Source of the DNA: the human T2T-CHM13v2.0 reference genome, Homo sapiens
Assembly (NCBI RefSeq): GCF_009914755.1
Contig: NC_060941.1
Direction: 5' to 3' (one strand)
DNA length: 64,000 nucleotides
Every line of letters starts with the position of its first letter. Within the stretch, counting starts at the first letter, position 1. This document shows, piece by piece, positions 1 through 16,250 of this stretch. The position numbers were made by a program, and so were the translations under genes. A model generated the notes under the pieces. It was not told the origin of the DNA, did not search any database, and saw only the letters and a program-made list of their open reading frames with translations.

Positions 1-2419
1 GCTGGCTCCTCTTTCAGACATCACGTCTGTGACGCATATGGTCCTGGGAGCCCTGTGTCCCCGTGGCCATGCCTCAGGGGTCCTGAAGTGCTAAGCCATG
101 AATTCATCAAATGTTGACTGAGTGTCTGCTCTGGGTTGGGCAGGCCCTGTGCATCCAGTGATGCCTAAGACAAGGACCCTGCCCTCATGACGGAGCTGAT
201 GTTCTCATCGGGAGCGGGACAACACTGAGATGTCAGGTGGAAGTGAGCACTGTAAAGAAAAATAAACCAGCGAAATGGGAAGGAAAAGGTCAGGGAAGAC
301 CTCCTGGAGGAGACAACATTTGAGCAGATGCCTGAAGACAGTGCGGGATGAGCCACGAGATGCCAGCAGGAAGAGCTTTCCAGGCAGGGAGCAGCAGTGC
401 AAATGCCCTGTGGTCGGCGTGTGCTTGGCACTTAAGAAAGTTGCTTCAGAGCTGGCAGAGCTCACAGGCCTGATCCCTACTGTAGACACTCAGCCTGGCC
501 TCCATGGATTCATTCCACATACTTTAAACATTCCAACTAGGGGCCAGCATTTTCAAATCTAAGATTTGTTTCCATAAAAAGTCCTGATTTCCAGGCTTTC
601 TTAAGAAATTGAAACCTAGAGTCAGGAGTGTCCACCCCTTTGGCCTGCCTTATCCACCCTCTTGCTTGAGTCCTGCAAGGGCTTGTGGCTCTGGCAAGAG
701 GATGTGGTTGGGGCACAGATGGCACATGCATTATCACAGGTTTCTGCTTCTTTATATTCTGTCTGGGTAAAAACATTGGTGATTGAAGCATGGTTGCCAC
801 CCAACGAGGCAGAACTGAAAGGTCGCTGAACGGTCTTGACCACATTCTCCTGGTTGTCACCAGTTGCTGGCAGTTTGTAGCAATCTCTCCACCTTTGGAA
901 AGTCGGGGGTGGGTGGGCCACCGCCCCTTGCTGTAGCTGTGCCACCCCTAACTGAAATCTCCGGCAGGTAACTTTGTCACTTGGTCAAGGTCCTCCATGT
1001 CTTTGTGCCTCAGTTTCCTTGTCTGGAGAATGGGGGAAATGAACACTGGGCTGTCTAGCTCAGGACAGAAACAAGAGCAGTCAGGGGCTTTGATGCTTTA
1101 GGGCTAAACATCTTACTTATTTTCAAGTTATGGTGAGAGAGAATGTTCAAGGATGTGCCAGCCCTCAGATTTCAGCAAAACCCAAGCTGGCATTCAGAGC
1201 CTCTGAGGTCTCAGCATGGACACACCCAGTGTCCGTCCCTTCCTTCTCCTTCCCCTCTGGGGCCCCAGCCACCTGGCTTTATCTCCCACTCTGCACCCAC
1301 TCACTGTGCGACTCATGCTTTTGAGCACCTGTTGCAGACCAGGCCCCTGCTAGGATGAGTGGCAGGCTGTGGTTTGAGCAGGCCCCTGGGGACGGGCCTG
1401 CTGCAGGCCTAGCTGTGCTCCCATCCTAGCCTGTCAGGTGGGCCCCATCCCACCCCCATGGGCCCCTGCTCTGACCCTCAGGTCATTTCCCAGTATCCTT
1501 TGCCCTCAGGCTTCTGCGCTTGGTGGTGGGGGGGGAAGGGGGCACATCTCTCCTTATGTCTCTCCTCGGATGGCCTCCTAGCAGCGGCCACCTGCCCCCA
1601 CCAACCCCATGGCTCCAGACACCCCTGCCGAGGCTCCAGCTCCCTTCGCATGAACACAGCCCCTGGGACTGGTGACCCTGTTGTTTTCTTCCCTGCCTCC
1701 AGCCTGGGATGGCGGCTTCCTGCTGATTTCAATCCTGGATTCCTCCCCAACCCGTTTAGCTCTCAGAGCCTTTATCACAGTGTGACCAGCTCCCTAGACA
1801 CAGTTCTCTCTGTTGGAGAGAACTGGAGGGCTTCTTTTTCCTGGCTGGATCCTGCCTGATTCCGTGGCCATGTCCTGACTGCACAGATCAGAGTGGTCTG
1901 GCTGTAGGCCTCTTACCTTGCCTGAATCATGAGCTTCCTGAGGGCGAGGACTGATGGGCTTCTTCCACAGTAACAGACTCAGCTTCGAGGAGGCCTCAGT
2001 GATGTCACACCTCATGATGTCAGCTGATGTCACTTCTGCAGTAGGCACAGCCAGGGCCAGTCAGGCAGCTCCAGGGCATGAAGTGTCTGTCCCTACCCCC
2101 AGCCCTGAGCATCACCTAGTGGCAGGGGAGGCCAAGAGGGAGACCCCTGGCCTGCAGTCTCCAGGGCAGAGAATCAGCCCAGTCAGCAGAGCCTGCTGTG
2201 ATCTCTCTCTTGCCCTCTCCGTACTGGCTGGGGAAGGGCCTGGACCCCAGACCCAGGACTCCTCTTCATTCTTGTTCCCACAGGCTTGGGGCCCTCACAG
2301 TCGCTCTGGGCTGACTTACTCTCAAGTCCAGCCCGTTCCTAGGATCAGGTGTTTGGGGCTCAGAGGGTTTGTTTTATGGCCTTGACTCTCATCAGGGCCT
2401 GTGGCAGAGCCCAGCTTCC

Positions 2420-2830
2420 CCTGCTGAAGCCTTTTACACAGCTAGACACAGACCCAGCTACACAAGAGTGCACAGGGACACAGACACAACTACACACAGA
2501 TACGTACATGTGCGCACAGACACACATGGGTATGCACAACACAGACACACAGGGACACATACAGTCGCACATGAGTACACACAGATGCGGACACATGTGC
2601 ACACATGGACACACATGATCACATACAGACACACAGGGACATACAATCACACATCAGTACACACAGACACACATGGACACACAGGCACACACATACAGAC
2701 ACATCTGCATAGGCACACACACATATACATGGACAAACAAATATAGATAATAGAGACATACATATCTATACCTGCATAGATACTGAGACACAGACATGAA
2801 AATACAGATACGCCCAGACACACACACATA
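2420..2830. repeat. Degenerate (CA)n/(CACAGA)n-rich simple repeat
   Basis: About 400 bp of cacacagacacacat-type low-complexity sequence; explains the spurious His/Thr- and Cys/Val-rich ORFs. Confidence 0.9.
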
Positions 2831-3496
2831 GCCTGGGGCTGTGATGGGGTAATGCCGGGTGCCTGGTATCCTGGCCCAGCCTGGTGGGGCGGCAGGCCTG
2901 AGGGTGAGTCCCTTCACCCCATTAGCGATGCATTTTCAGAAATACAGAGGCAGCAAGAGGATACCAAAGCCTTGGCCAGCATCCAGGTGGTTTCAGGTGA
3001 CATCTGTCATGCGGAGAAACACGCCTCAGGGTTCTCCTCCACCTCCCCGATGGCTGCCCTCCTGCTCACAGGCCCTCCCAGATGCCTTTTCCTTTTCGCA
3101 CCATCAGTGTCTCTGCCTTTCCACACCATCAGTATCTCCGGGTTGAGGCTGTTGAGGCTGCAGGCCCCCAGGCACGTGCCAGATGCGAACACTGTGGGCA
3201 TTTCCGCTCAGCTACGAGAACAGCACCACTGAGGCATCCAGAGGCTGCGACCTCCACCAGCAACAGTCACGTCCGTGGTGTTTGTGCTTCACTACAAGTC
3301 CCTGGCCAGCAGGCTGGCAGGTTTCATTTTCATTTTCGTGGGCACTGTGCACGACCCCATCTTCACAGGAATCCAGGCACGGAGTGGACGTCCCCTCCCT
3401 GCTGCATCCCCAGCCTTTCAGTTCTCTCCAGAGGTCAGCGCTGGATTGTTTGTGTGTCCTGCTGGAGACTCCCGTACACACAGCATTGCTATGACA

Positions 3497-3840
3497 CCTT
3501 TTTTGTGGTTCTTTTTTGTTTTGTTGGTTTTTTGGTTTTGGTTTTTTTGAGACAGAGTCTCACTTTGATACCCAGGCTGGAGTGCAGTGGTGCCATCACA
3601 GCTCACTGCAGCCTCAAGCTCCAGTGCTCAAGGGATCCTCCCAACTCAGCCTCCTAAGTTGCTAGGACTACAAGCATGAGCCACCACGCCCAGCTAATTA
3701 AACTTTTTTTTTTTTTTTCTGTATAGACAGGGTCTTCCTATATTACCCATGCTGGTCTCGAACTCCTGGGCTCAATCAATCCTCCTGCTTTGGCCTCCTG
3801 TAGTGCTGGGATTACAGGCATGAGCCTCTGTGACTGGGCC
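3497..3840 (-). mobile_element. Alu SINE (AluJ-like), full dimer
   Basis: T-rich tail, then gagacagagtctcact...ggctggagtgcagtggtgccatcacagctcactgcagcctc, a T-rich linker and gctgggattacaggcatgagcc; the 'cacagctcactgcagcctc' motif is typical of AluJ. Confidence 0.93.
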
Positions 3841-6800
3841 CTTTTCTGTGGTTCTTATTTTGAACAGAAAAGGTAGCTTGTGTGGACACTGCTCTGCACC
3901 CAGGGTTTTGCAAACCTGATGCATTGGGGAAGTGTCTCGTGACAATGGAGCTGCCGCTTCTTTTTTCCTGGCTGTTTCCCCTTCAACAGTGTGGATGTCC
4001 CCACACATTATGCACCCCACCCCATGGTGGCGTCCTGGTTGTGCAGAGAGGCTGCAGTCAGCACCCTTGCTCAGGGACCTGGTTATCTGTGAGCCAAAGT
4101 CATCAGTAGGTCTGGGGACACTCCCCATGCCAATTCTATGTCTCATCACATTCTCCTCTGGCCTCTCGGCCCCCAGCACACAGGCTTCAGCCTCTGTTTC
4201 TGCTGAAACCCTTTCTTCATACACCCTAGAACATACAACACAGGACAGAGAGAGAGACTTTAGTAGGAATACTGACATTTAAAAACTTATCAGAGACATG
4301 AAAAATCAACTACATGAAGTATGGCGGTATATTAAGGCTTTGTGAATAAAAACACAATAAAGGGTGGGTGTGTAAAGCTATTTTCCAATCATCCTTCCAA
4401 ACCAAGGCTTTTGAGGGAACAAGGCCTCCCAGCAGGTGGCAGGATGGGCCCAGCAGTGTCTTCAGCCCATTGCTCTCCTGAGTTAGGAAAGGCTGAATTC
4501 TATTTTACATGCAAAAGAAAACATTTATTTAATTAAAGATTCAAGCAACAATACAGTTCTTCATAAAACACTAAAATATTTTGACTATCGATATTTTTCT
4601 GTTGCTTTTCCTCATGAAACACGATTTGACTTTGTGAAACCTGAAGTTTCCTATTCTATCAATGAGAAGGTATATCAAATGGATAGTCCATCCAGTGTAT
4701 CCAACATCAACTACAAAATGTCTCCCTTTTTCCTAATTTTGCCTTTTTTCCCTTTGTCATTCTTGAGTCTCTGTTAGTGCACTGCAGAAGTGAAGACGTG
4801 TACTTAAAGAAATGCCAACATCTTCTGAAGATCAGATTAGATTCCATATTTTGTATTTTAGTTGATGTAATGATGATTTTAGTTATGAAGACTTTAGTTG
4901 ATGTAATGATTCTAATGAACAGGAAATATTTTGTTTCCTATTTTAAAAGATACCATTAAATCATGCTGAATATTTTTCAATTTATTACGGATGTGTATTC
5001 AAGGGGTTGCCATTTCACCTGCTTCAGTCTTCCCTCTAAACCAATCCTAAGACATACCTAGGCTGAATTCATATCACATGAAAATTCATCACATGATATC
5101 CTACTAGGTCAAAAAGTATAAAAACTGACATTATGGAGAAAGACTTCATTGCAACCAGGACAGAAAGACACTAAGGCACACAGTGCTCAGACCGGCGTAC
5201 TGACAAGATCTCTGGTGGGAGGCCATTGTCTGGACACCTGCTGGGCTTTGTCCTGGACACCATTCATTCACTTGAGCATTTTTGGTACCCACGGTTCCTT
5301 CAGGTACATCAGTATTCAGTGGCGTGCCCAGAACTCAGATGACTCTCATGTCAGGGGTGCAAAGTCAGACTCATTGCTTTGGGAAGTCCACTGGGGTGCA
5401 GGCTGTGTCAGGAAGTTTCCTGGCAGGAAAAAATCAACAGCATCAGCTAGGATGGAAGTACATCAACTGATGATGACCCTGCATATGTGGCTTTATCAAC
5501 GATGCATCTGCCAGTCTCCAAAACAGTGCAGATTCAATGCAGTCCAGGAGGAAATTCACTCACGTGACCAGGCAAAATGCAACTAACAATTCACGGTTCT
5601 TTTTGGTTGTGGAGACCTTTCTCTGGGCTACTGTTTCCCAAAGGAAAGCTGTGTCTTCAGAAACAAATAAACTGATAAAGAGATACTTTCAAATGTTTCA
5701 TGTAGAATTGTTTCTAATCTTCTAGCTATAGGATACTTCCTTTCCCAGAGAATGCACCACTCTCCTGCCTGTGCGTGGGGCTCATCTGCTCCCAAGCCAT
5801 CCAGGGCCTCTGGGTGCTATAATTCAGAGGGTCTCTGAAAGAGCACGAGGGAGACTGTTGACATGAATGGTTTTCTCTGTTGGCTACACCTGTCTTACAC
5901 AGAGTTCTATGTGTCATTCAAATACCTTCATATATTAAACTTCAGGACATTCCAAGTCTCATGAAAATCTCGCAAAGGAAATTTCCCAAGGGTTTTAGGC
6001 CCTCCTCTCCCATTTGGGAGGTTTTGTTGATTTCTAACTGCAGAATGAGGTGCTGGAACATGCCAGGTTCTGGTTCCCATGGCCGTAACAGAGCTGGACG
6101 ACAGGGGTGACCACAGAGGCACAGTCCTGAAAGCACTGCACAGTAAGAATGCAGAGTATCTACTCAGGGTAGAGGATGGCTACAGAAACATGCTCAGCTT
6201 GTCATGGTGGGTACAGTGGACATGGGAAAGGGGCACAGGAAGCTCAGCTGGTGTCTTCAGGGGCACCCCCAACCTCCACCATGATACCAAAAGAAGATGT
6301 AACTGACCACTGGGAGGAGGGCCCCACATGGTCCTGCTGTGTCCTCTTCGATCTGCTTGGCACTTTTGCTGTTGCAGAGCTCCTCTGAAGTAGGGTCCCA
6401 TGCAGCAGCAGCACTGAGGACTGCGTCCACAGTAATAGGCTGTCAGATGTGTGTGAGGCATCTCGTGCAAGGTCAACGGCAGGCCCAGTACTGCTACATG
6501 AGCAACTACTTTTTACAATTATTTTAAAACAATATATGGCAACATTGGGAAGCTGCTTTCCTTTAAAATGGTTCAATGTTTTTAGTTTGGACAAGATATG
6601 ACTAAATTAATTTTCACATGATTGTGCTCAGGCACAAGCTCATGCATGAGGCATGACCAAAAATAGTTCTGGAAAGATAAGGCCAGTCTACAAGCCAAGG
6701 GCACACGTATGATGGAGGGCACATATAGACGGTGGGGACACAGGAGGAGCATGCCGAGAAATCATGTGAACTGACCTTTCCGCCGCCAAGGTTGCAGCCT

Positions 6801-6978
6801 CCACCACTGCAGCTCTGACTCACAGTTTACATTGCTGAAGTCAAATAAAATATAGAGATGAATCTCTAAACTTAACACTGATTATTTAGGAGGCAAGAAT
6901 GGCAAAGTGGGGCATACTCACAGATCGGGTGGTCTTCAGTATGTTCCAAGAACAAAGAGAAAGTTGAGAGTTTTTATT

Positions 6979-8848
6979 TTAAAATTCATATGGAACTAAA
7001 AAGAGCCTGAATAGCCCGGGGGCAATCCTAAGCCGAAAGAACAAAGCTGGAGGCATCACGCTACCTGACTTCAAACTGTGTTACAGGGCTACAGTAATCA
7101 AAACAGCATGGTACCGGGACAAAAACAGGCACATAGACCAATGGAACAGAATAGAGAACCCAGAAATAAGGCTGCATACCTACAAGTATCTGATCTTTGA
7201 CAAACCTGACAAAAACAAGCACTGGGGAAAGGATTCTCTATTCAATAAATGGTGCTAGAATAGCTGGCTAGCCATATGCAGAAGATTGAAACTGGACCCC
7301 TTCCTCTCACCATATACAAAAATTAACTCAAGATGGATTAAAGCAGAGGTCCCCAATCCCTGGACAATGGACTGGTACCAGTCTGTGGCTTGTTAGGAAC
7401 CAGGCCGCACAGCAGGAGGTGAGTGGCTGGTAAGCAAGCATTAGCACCTGAGCTCCACCTCCCATCAGATCAGCAGCAGCATTAGATTCTCATAAGAGTG
7501 CGAACCCTATTGTGAAATGCACATGTGAGGGATCTAGGTTGTACACTCCTTTTGAGAATCTAACCAATACCTGATGATCTGAAGTGGAACAGTTTCATCC
7601 CGAAACCATCCCCCTGCCTACTGCTCTCTGTGGGAACATTGTCTTCCACAGAGTCAGTCCCTGGTGCCAAAAAGGTTGTGGACTGCTGGATTAAAGACTA
7701 AAATGTAAAACCCAAAACTGTAAAAACCCTGGAAGACAACCTAGGCAATACCATCCTGGACAAAGAAACGGACAAAAATTTCATGATGAAGACACCAAAA
7801 GCAATTGCAACAAAAGCAAAATTTGACAGATGGAATCTAATTAAACTTAAGAGCCTCTGCAGACCAAAAGAAGCCATCAACAAAGTAAACAGAAAACCTA
7901 CAGAATAGGAGAAAATATTTGCAAACTATGCATCTGACAAAGACATAATATTCAGCATCTCTATGGAACTTAAAGAAATTTACAAGAGAAAAACAACCCC
8001 ATTAAAAACTGGGCAAAGGACATGAAGAGACACTTTTCAAAAGAAGACATACATATGATCAACAAGCATATGAAAAAAAAGCTCAATATCACTGATCATT
8101 AGAGAAACGCCAATCAAAACCACAATGAGATATCTTCTCACACAGGTCAGAATGGTTATTATTAAAAAGTCACAAAACAACAGATGCTGGAGAAAAGGGA
8201 ATGCTTGTACACTGTTTGTGGGAATGCAAATTAGTTCAACCATTGTGGAAAGCAGTGTGGCTAATTCATCAAAGAGCTAAAAACAGAACTACCATTTGAC
8301 TCAGCAATCCCATTTGGGATTTATATACCCAGAGGAATATAAATCAATGCACTGTAAAAACACATGCACACAAATATTCATTGCGGCACTGTTCACAATA
8401 GCAAAGACATGGAATCAACTTAAATGACCATCAATGACAGATTAGATAAAGAACATATGGCATATATACACCATGGAATACTATGCAGCCATAAAAAATG
8501 AGATCGTCTTTTTCAGGAACATGGATGGAGTGGGAGGCCATTATCCTTAGCAAACTAAGGTAGAAACAGAAAACCAGACACCACATGTTCTCACTTATAA
8601 GTGGAAGCTAAATGATCACAACACATGGACACATAGAGGGGAACAACACACAGTGGGGCTTACTTGAGGGTGGAGGGTGGGAGGAGGGAGAGGAGCAGAA
8701 AAGATAACTAGTGGGTACTGGGTTTAATACCTGGGTGATGAAAAAAATCTGTACAACAAACGCCCATGATACAAGTTCACCTACGTAAACTGATAACAAA
8801 CCTGAACATGCATCTTCAAACCTAAAATAAAAGTTTTTTTAAAAAAAA
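6979..8848 (+). mobile_element. 5'-truncated LINE-1 (old L1PA/L1PB-type): ORF2 3' end, 3'UTR and A-tail
   Basis: ORF2 hallmarks (aaaattcatatggaac, aacaaagctggaggcatcac, aataaatggtgct, gaaactggaccccttc); 3'UTR with ctcacttataagtggaagctaaatga and a G-rich tract; aataaa plus A-run at ~8826-8848; imperfect ~20-bp TSD agaaag(t/g)tgagagtttt(t)att on both sides. Confidence 0.95.
7344..7688 (+). mobile_element. MER1B-like hAT-Charlie non-autonomous DNA transposon inserted in the L1
   Basis: Begins cagaggtcccca and ends aaaaaggttgtggactgctg; internal ggccgcacagcaggaggtgag and cagcattagattctcata; perfect 8-bp TSD gattaaag at 7336-7343 and 7689-7696 (hAT signature). Confidence 0.92.
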
Positions 8849-9116
8849 GAAAGGTGAGAGTTTTATTAGAGAAATGTTAGGTATTGTTTGGAAAGAAAGC
8901 ACATTGGCTCTGAAGAAGCTTCTGGGAGCTGGTGAGCTCTGACTGGTGAGTGACAGCTGGAGGTAAGGTTGGTCTTTGAGTCAGGGCAGTGTGTTTGAGG
9001 AAATAAGAGCTTAAACTGGTCCTCCGGTTACAGCTAGGCTTGTGGAAAATTCAATTTTCAGAGCAGGTTCTCTTGGTATGACCAGTGCTCTTGTCCTGCA
9101 AGCCTGTCCCCATGCC

Positions 9117-9718
9117 ATGACCACCCAGTAGACAGTCCCTCAGGGCCCGGGACCATGGGGCTTCTGCATCATGGGCAGCAAGGACTTCAAGCATCCTCTT
9201 CATTTCCAGGTCACCCCCGGAAGCAAGGCTGCTGTAGCTAATTTGTGTATCAGAGATGTAATCACAGCCATGGACTGGGGAAATACCAGCCATAGGGCAC
9301 AGTGGGAAGCTCAGAACAAAATCAAAAACAGCGCAGATGACATGACTCTCATTGGAGCCAGATCTGAAGATAAAATCTGGTCTCTGGTGACAGAGGAAGA
9401 GGAACATCATCCATACAAGATGAAATTAGCCTCTGCACCCCAGGAGGTCCTGCACGTAGGAAGGGCCCATGTCCGAAGCGCCATGCCCTTCACCACCTCA
9501 CCGGCCTCCAGCACTGCCACCAGGATTATCACGAGTCAGTACAACCATCCAGCTGGCCTCTGCTCCATCAAAAAATCTCCAGCTTTATCCACGCCTTGCA
9601 TTCAAAGACACTGCCAGGGGCAGGGTAGCTGCAGCCCCTCAGAGCAGGCTTAGCCTCCAAGCAGTCTCTCATTGACAACCTGAAGTTTACGAGACTATTC
9701 CAGAGAAACAGGAGTTAA
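9117..9718 (+). pseudogene. PDLIM1: Processed pseudogene of PDLIM1 (CLP36/Elfin): PDZ domain and mid region only; symbol given is the parent gene
   Basis: ATG at 9117 reads MTTQ*TVPQGPGPWGF, then VTPGSKAAVANLCIRDVITAMD...EAQNKIK...ARSEDKIWSLVTEEEEHHPYKMKLASAPQEVLHVGRAHVRSAMPFTTSPASSTATRIITSQYNHPAGL. This is colinear and intronless against recalled PDLIM1, with a stop at codon 5 and frameshifts. It ends at a QEKQELN-like sequence; no LIM domain follows. Confidence 0.93.
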
Positions 9719-12348
<2,630 letters not shown>

Positions 12349-12897
12349 TAGCTTTTTGTTTGTTTGTTTTAGCTTTCTCATGGTGCTGAGTGTGTCTGTA
12401 GTTAAACAGCCCCTTGTCTTCATTCCCAGGAGCCAGCTGAGGAGGTGTGTCATGCAACTTGCCCCCCAGCCCTCCCCTTCTAAGGAACCCCCACACCTGC
12501 TCTGTCTTCCTGCTACAGTCTCTGAGAAAAGCCCTTTCATCTGTCAAGAACTACAAAAGTCATTCTTTAAGGTAAGAAAATGTGAGGAGCTGATCCATAT
12601 AGGAAGTTAGAAATACGTACATCAATCAATTCCTATAAGAAAAATGTATAAAATGCCATTTAGTAATGAAAATCTCCTACATTTGCTACCACAAAAGGGA
12701 GAATTGTATCATTTTAAAATGTGGGTGAAAATAAAATAGAAGTATTTGTTAGTGAATATTTTATCCCTGTGAAATACATGCTCCTAAATATAGATAACAA
12801 CTGAGGAAGAAGACCAGGCAAAGTCAAAAACAACTAAGACAAACAAAACCAAGAAAGCAAGTGTCTCAATGGTTGTGACAAATGGAGGAAGGGAGCT

Positions 12898-13217
12898 TGT
12901 CTTGGTCTGTTTCGTGTAGCTATAAAGGAACACCTGAGAGTGGGTAATTTATAAAGAAAGGAGGTCTGTTTGGCTCACGGTCTGCAGGCTGCACTGAAAT
13001 TACATGCTGAGACAGGAGGCAAGGGAGACAGGGGATGTTCAGGCTCTTTTTAACAACCAGTTCTCCCTGTGATTAATAGAGCTCAAGAGCTCACTTACCC
13101 CTGAGGGAGGGCATTAAATCCATTCACGAAGAATCTGCCCCCGTTAGGCCCCACCTCCAACACTGAGGATAAATTTCAACATACGATTTGGAGGAAACAA
13201 ATATCCAAACTATAATA
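12898..13217 (-). mobile_element. MaLR solo LTR (MST-like), internally deleted
   Basis: tgtcttggtctgtttcgtgtagctataaaggaacacctgag...gggtaatttataaagaaa...ttaggccccacctccaacact...atatccaaactata matches the reverse complement of MST LTRs. Confidence 0.85.
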
Positions 13218-15659
13218 GAACTACCCAGGAATGAACTTGGGCAGAAACAGGAATAAAGATTCCCCATTCTGGAAACATCTGCACAAGGTGGCCAGAAGTG
13301 AAAAAATTGAGAAAGTCCATGCCGCCAGGGAAATGGAGTGAGGCTCTAAACACATTAATATAAAGGGCAGGATAGGAGCTTTGCTATTGAGGAGACCTCC
13401 AGACAGATGCCTGCAAGCACCTTTGTAGTCGTAAGCACTGCTTTGCTGTGTAAACCATTCTTGGTCAACATCCTAACTTGATCTCACTCCCACCTGCCTT
13501 ACCTGTGGAAAGCCCTTTTCTCCTTCAAGACTCAAAAAACTGTGCTTTCCTTGAAATGGTATTTGTAATCAATAAAGGGTAAAAATTAAATACTGCATAA
13601 CTAGATTCATGAAAGCAGAACACATAGAACAAGAGCATATTCAATACAGGCAAAACATCTGTTCACAGATTTGCTCCTGTGAATGGAGAAAAATGAAATA
13701 TAATTTTTTAAATTGGCAGTAAAATCAAAAGTTTATTATAATTAGTACTAGTACAAAAAAAATTCTTAACCTGTGATTCTCAGAGGGAGCTTAGAGAAAT
13801 AGAAAAGAACAGTAAGGGCTCGTCTTTGGTGTCAAAGGGACAGCCCCAGAAAATCAAACTGCTTGGGGAGTGGACACTCTTTCTCTCCCAAAATGCCACC
13901 TTCCTCCCAGCTCACCCTCACCTACCACCAGCTGTCCCTGAAGAACACCAGTGAGGATCAATTGCTCTTCTGTGTTTGTACCAGCAGTGCTAAATAAACA
14001 ATGAAACAGACACAAAGTTAAAGTTACCTGATCCAAAAAGGAGTGAAGCCTAGACCCCAGCCCACTGACTCAGTCTCTAAGACCCCCTACTCAAATCTTC
14101 AATCAACAGTGGAGATGGCTGTGAGCTCTTCTGATTCCAGATGACAATACTCCTCCCTTTAATTATTTGATATGTTTAATTATGTAAGTAAATTTAATAT
14201 AAAAATCATTGCATTAGAGTTCATTGTTTTTATACAAGATTCAGTGTGAGATCAACTTCATACTTACAATTTGTCACACTTATAGAGAACTGAGAAGAAT
14301 CACATTATTTAAAATCTTAGCAAATGTGCATAATTCCTTTGGATAATTTTAAAGTGATAGGATTGGATCACATATGATGCAATTGCCTGGGTCTGTTTTG
14401 TTTTTAGATGTTTTTATCTCTCATATTGTGAATCTCATATTTATGTGACTATCAGAAGATTTTATTTTTATTATGCATATTTAGTATAAAATGATCATAC
14501 AGTGAAGAGTGTGTAAAATCAAAATAAAATGCCATTCATCACCTCTGGCTCTCATTCCAAGAGATAGTCATTGGCCATTTCTCATGCAAATTTCCTGAAG
14601 AGTTCTAAGTAAATAGAAGATCTATGTACACACACTTAACCTATACAGGAGTTTGGTCCTCAGTCTTCGCTCATATCCTTTAATGAGATTTATAATTAGT
14701 CCCACTGTTTCCATGGAACAAACTCAACCATTATAATACCTGTGTGTCTTTCTATGATCTTGTATGACCATCATACCAAGAATACTTCTAGGAATCCCAA
14801 GTCTTTCCTGTAAGATTCTTCTGCTCTATGTGGTCTCCACCTGGGACGCATGATGGTTTTCAGTGGTGTCTGGGCTGGTTTCAGACGTGGATGGCTGCAC
14901 TCGTGCCTTGGAAGGGTTGCTTCCAGAGAACCTGCACCTGGCCTCCAGCCTGCTGGTCTCAGGTGGTTGGACTTCTTCCATGGAGGCTCAGGGATCATGA
15001 AAAGAAAGCCCCAAGAGACAGGCAGGGAAAGGTGCCAGTGTCCTCAGTCCTGGGCCAGAAACCAGCAGGTGAATCTTTCCCCGCCCTTCAGTGGGCACAG
15101 CTGTCTCAGAGCCCGCCCTGTTTCCAGTTGAGGGGACGTGATCCCCACCCACCAGCAAGAGGATTGGACACTCAACTCATTCAGCCTTGACTCATCCTGG
15201 GTCACACTAACTCAGCCAAGGCTCCTGTTTGCCCAGCCAGGGCTCCAATTTGCCACCTGCTGCTCCCCGACCGAGGCGAGGCCTCCCTGGCCTTGGTGGA
15301 ATCACTGAGGGTGGTCATTTGCATCCTTGGACACAGGCCCAGGCAGAGTCATCCAAACACCCACCATGGTTTCCTCAGCCACCAAGTGCCTAGGTTGGGA
15401 TCCCGGCCCTCAGGGTGGGCCACATCTGGTGGACTTGAAGGTTCTGTGGACCCTCGCTGCCCCCTCCTGCCCTCACCAGGCTTCTACACACCTGGGGTGT
15501 GGGTTGGGTTTGAGTCTGAACAGGCCATGTCCAGGGAGAACTGTAGGGCTCACCCCGCAGTCCTGAGCAGTCTCATTTTCGTTTCCTCCTGCAGGTGGCC
15601 AACAGCAGGATTCCCTAGGGTCTCTGCATCTGAGCTGCAAATATTCAAAGATGCTTTAA

Positions 15660-16250
15660 GGACCATTTGTATTCACATTTTTCTTTTTTTCTGTCAATTT
15701 CAAGACTTTTCAAATATTAGCTAGATTAACCTTCTATCTGCTGCAAACATTGTCTCCCAATTTTTTACTTGTATTTTGCTGTCATTTATGGTGTTTTTGG
15801 CCATGTAGAAAGGTTTCATTTAATATTTATGTATTAATTTGCTAGTTCATTCTGTGAGTGCATCAGATTCTTTGAAGCATAATGATAAAAGCCTTCTCTA
15901 CACCCAGGTTTTCACAGAATTACTCATGTCGATTCTGGTTCTTACATGGTTTCAGTTTCCACATTTAAATCTCCAGTCGATTGGAGTTTGATCTTGTGTG
16001 ACATGTGAGATGTGTACCCAATCTCATTGTTTTCAGGATGGCCATCTAGTTTTCCCAGCACCATTTATTTAAAAGTCCATCTTTTCCTCAGTGATTTGAC
16101 ATGATGCCTTTATCATATACCAAATTCCCACACATAGCTGGGATATTTCCAGGCTTTGTAGTCTTCATGGGTGAGCTGGTCTATTGCTGTGCTGTATATT
16201 ATGGCTTTAGTAGAGACACTTTGTAGTATATTTTAGATCTGGCAAAATAT
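15660..16250 (-). mobile_element. Ancient LINE-1 (L1M-type) ORF2 fragment
   Basis: T-rich antisense L1 motifs: acatttaaatct, ggatggccatctagttttcccagcaccatttatttaaaag, ccatcttttcctcagtgattt. Confidence 0.7.

Larger units (their letters stand above)
6833..9095 (-). mobile_element. ERV1-class solo LTR fragment (MER93-like), split by an L1 insertion (pieces ~6833-6978 and ~8848-9095)
   Basis: The text gtcaaataaaatatagagatgaatctcta...gggtggtcttcagtatgttccaagaacaaagagaaag resumes after the L1 as agaaaggtgagagttttatt...gaaatgttaggtattgtttggaaagaaag...gagctctgactggtgagtgac. Family name recalled, not searched. Confidence 0.6.

Noticed and set aside
4240-6600. AT-rich unique-looking region with 60-145 aa ORFs
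   Set aside because: No protein or repeat family I can recognise; needs a BLAST/Dfam search.
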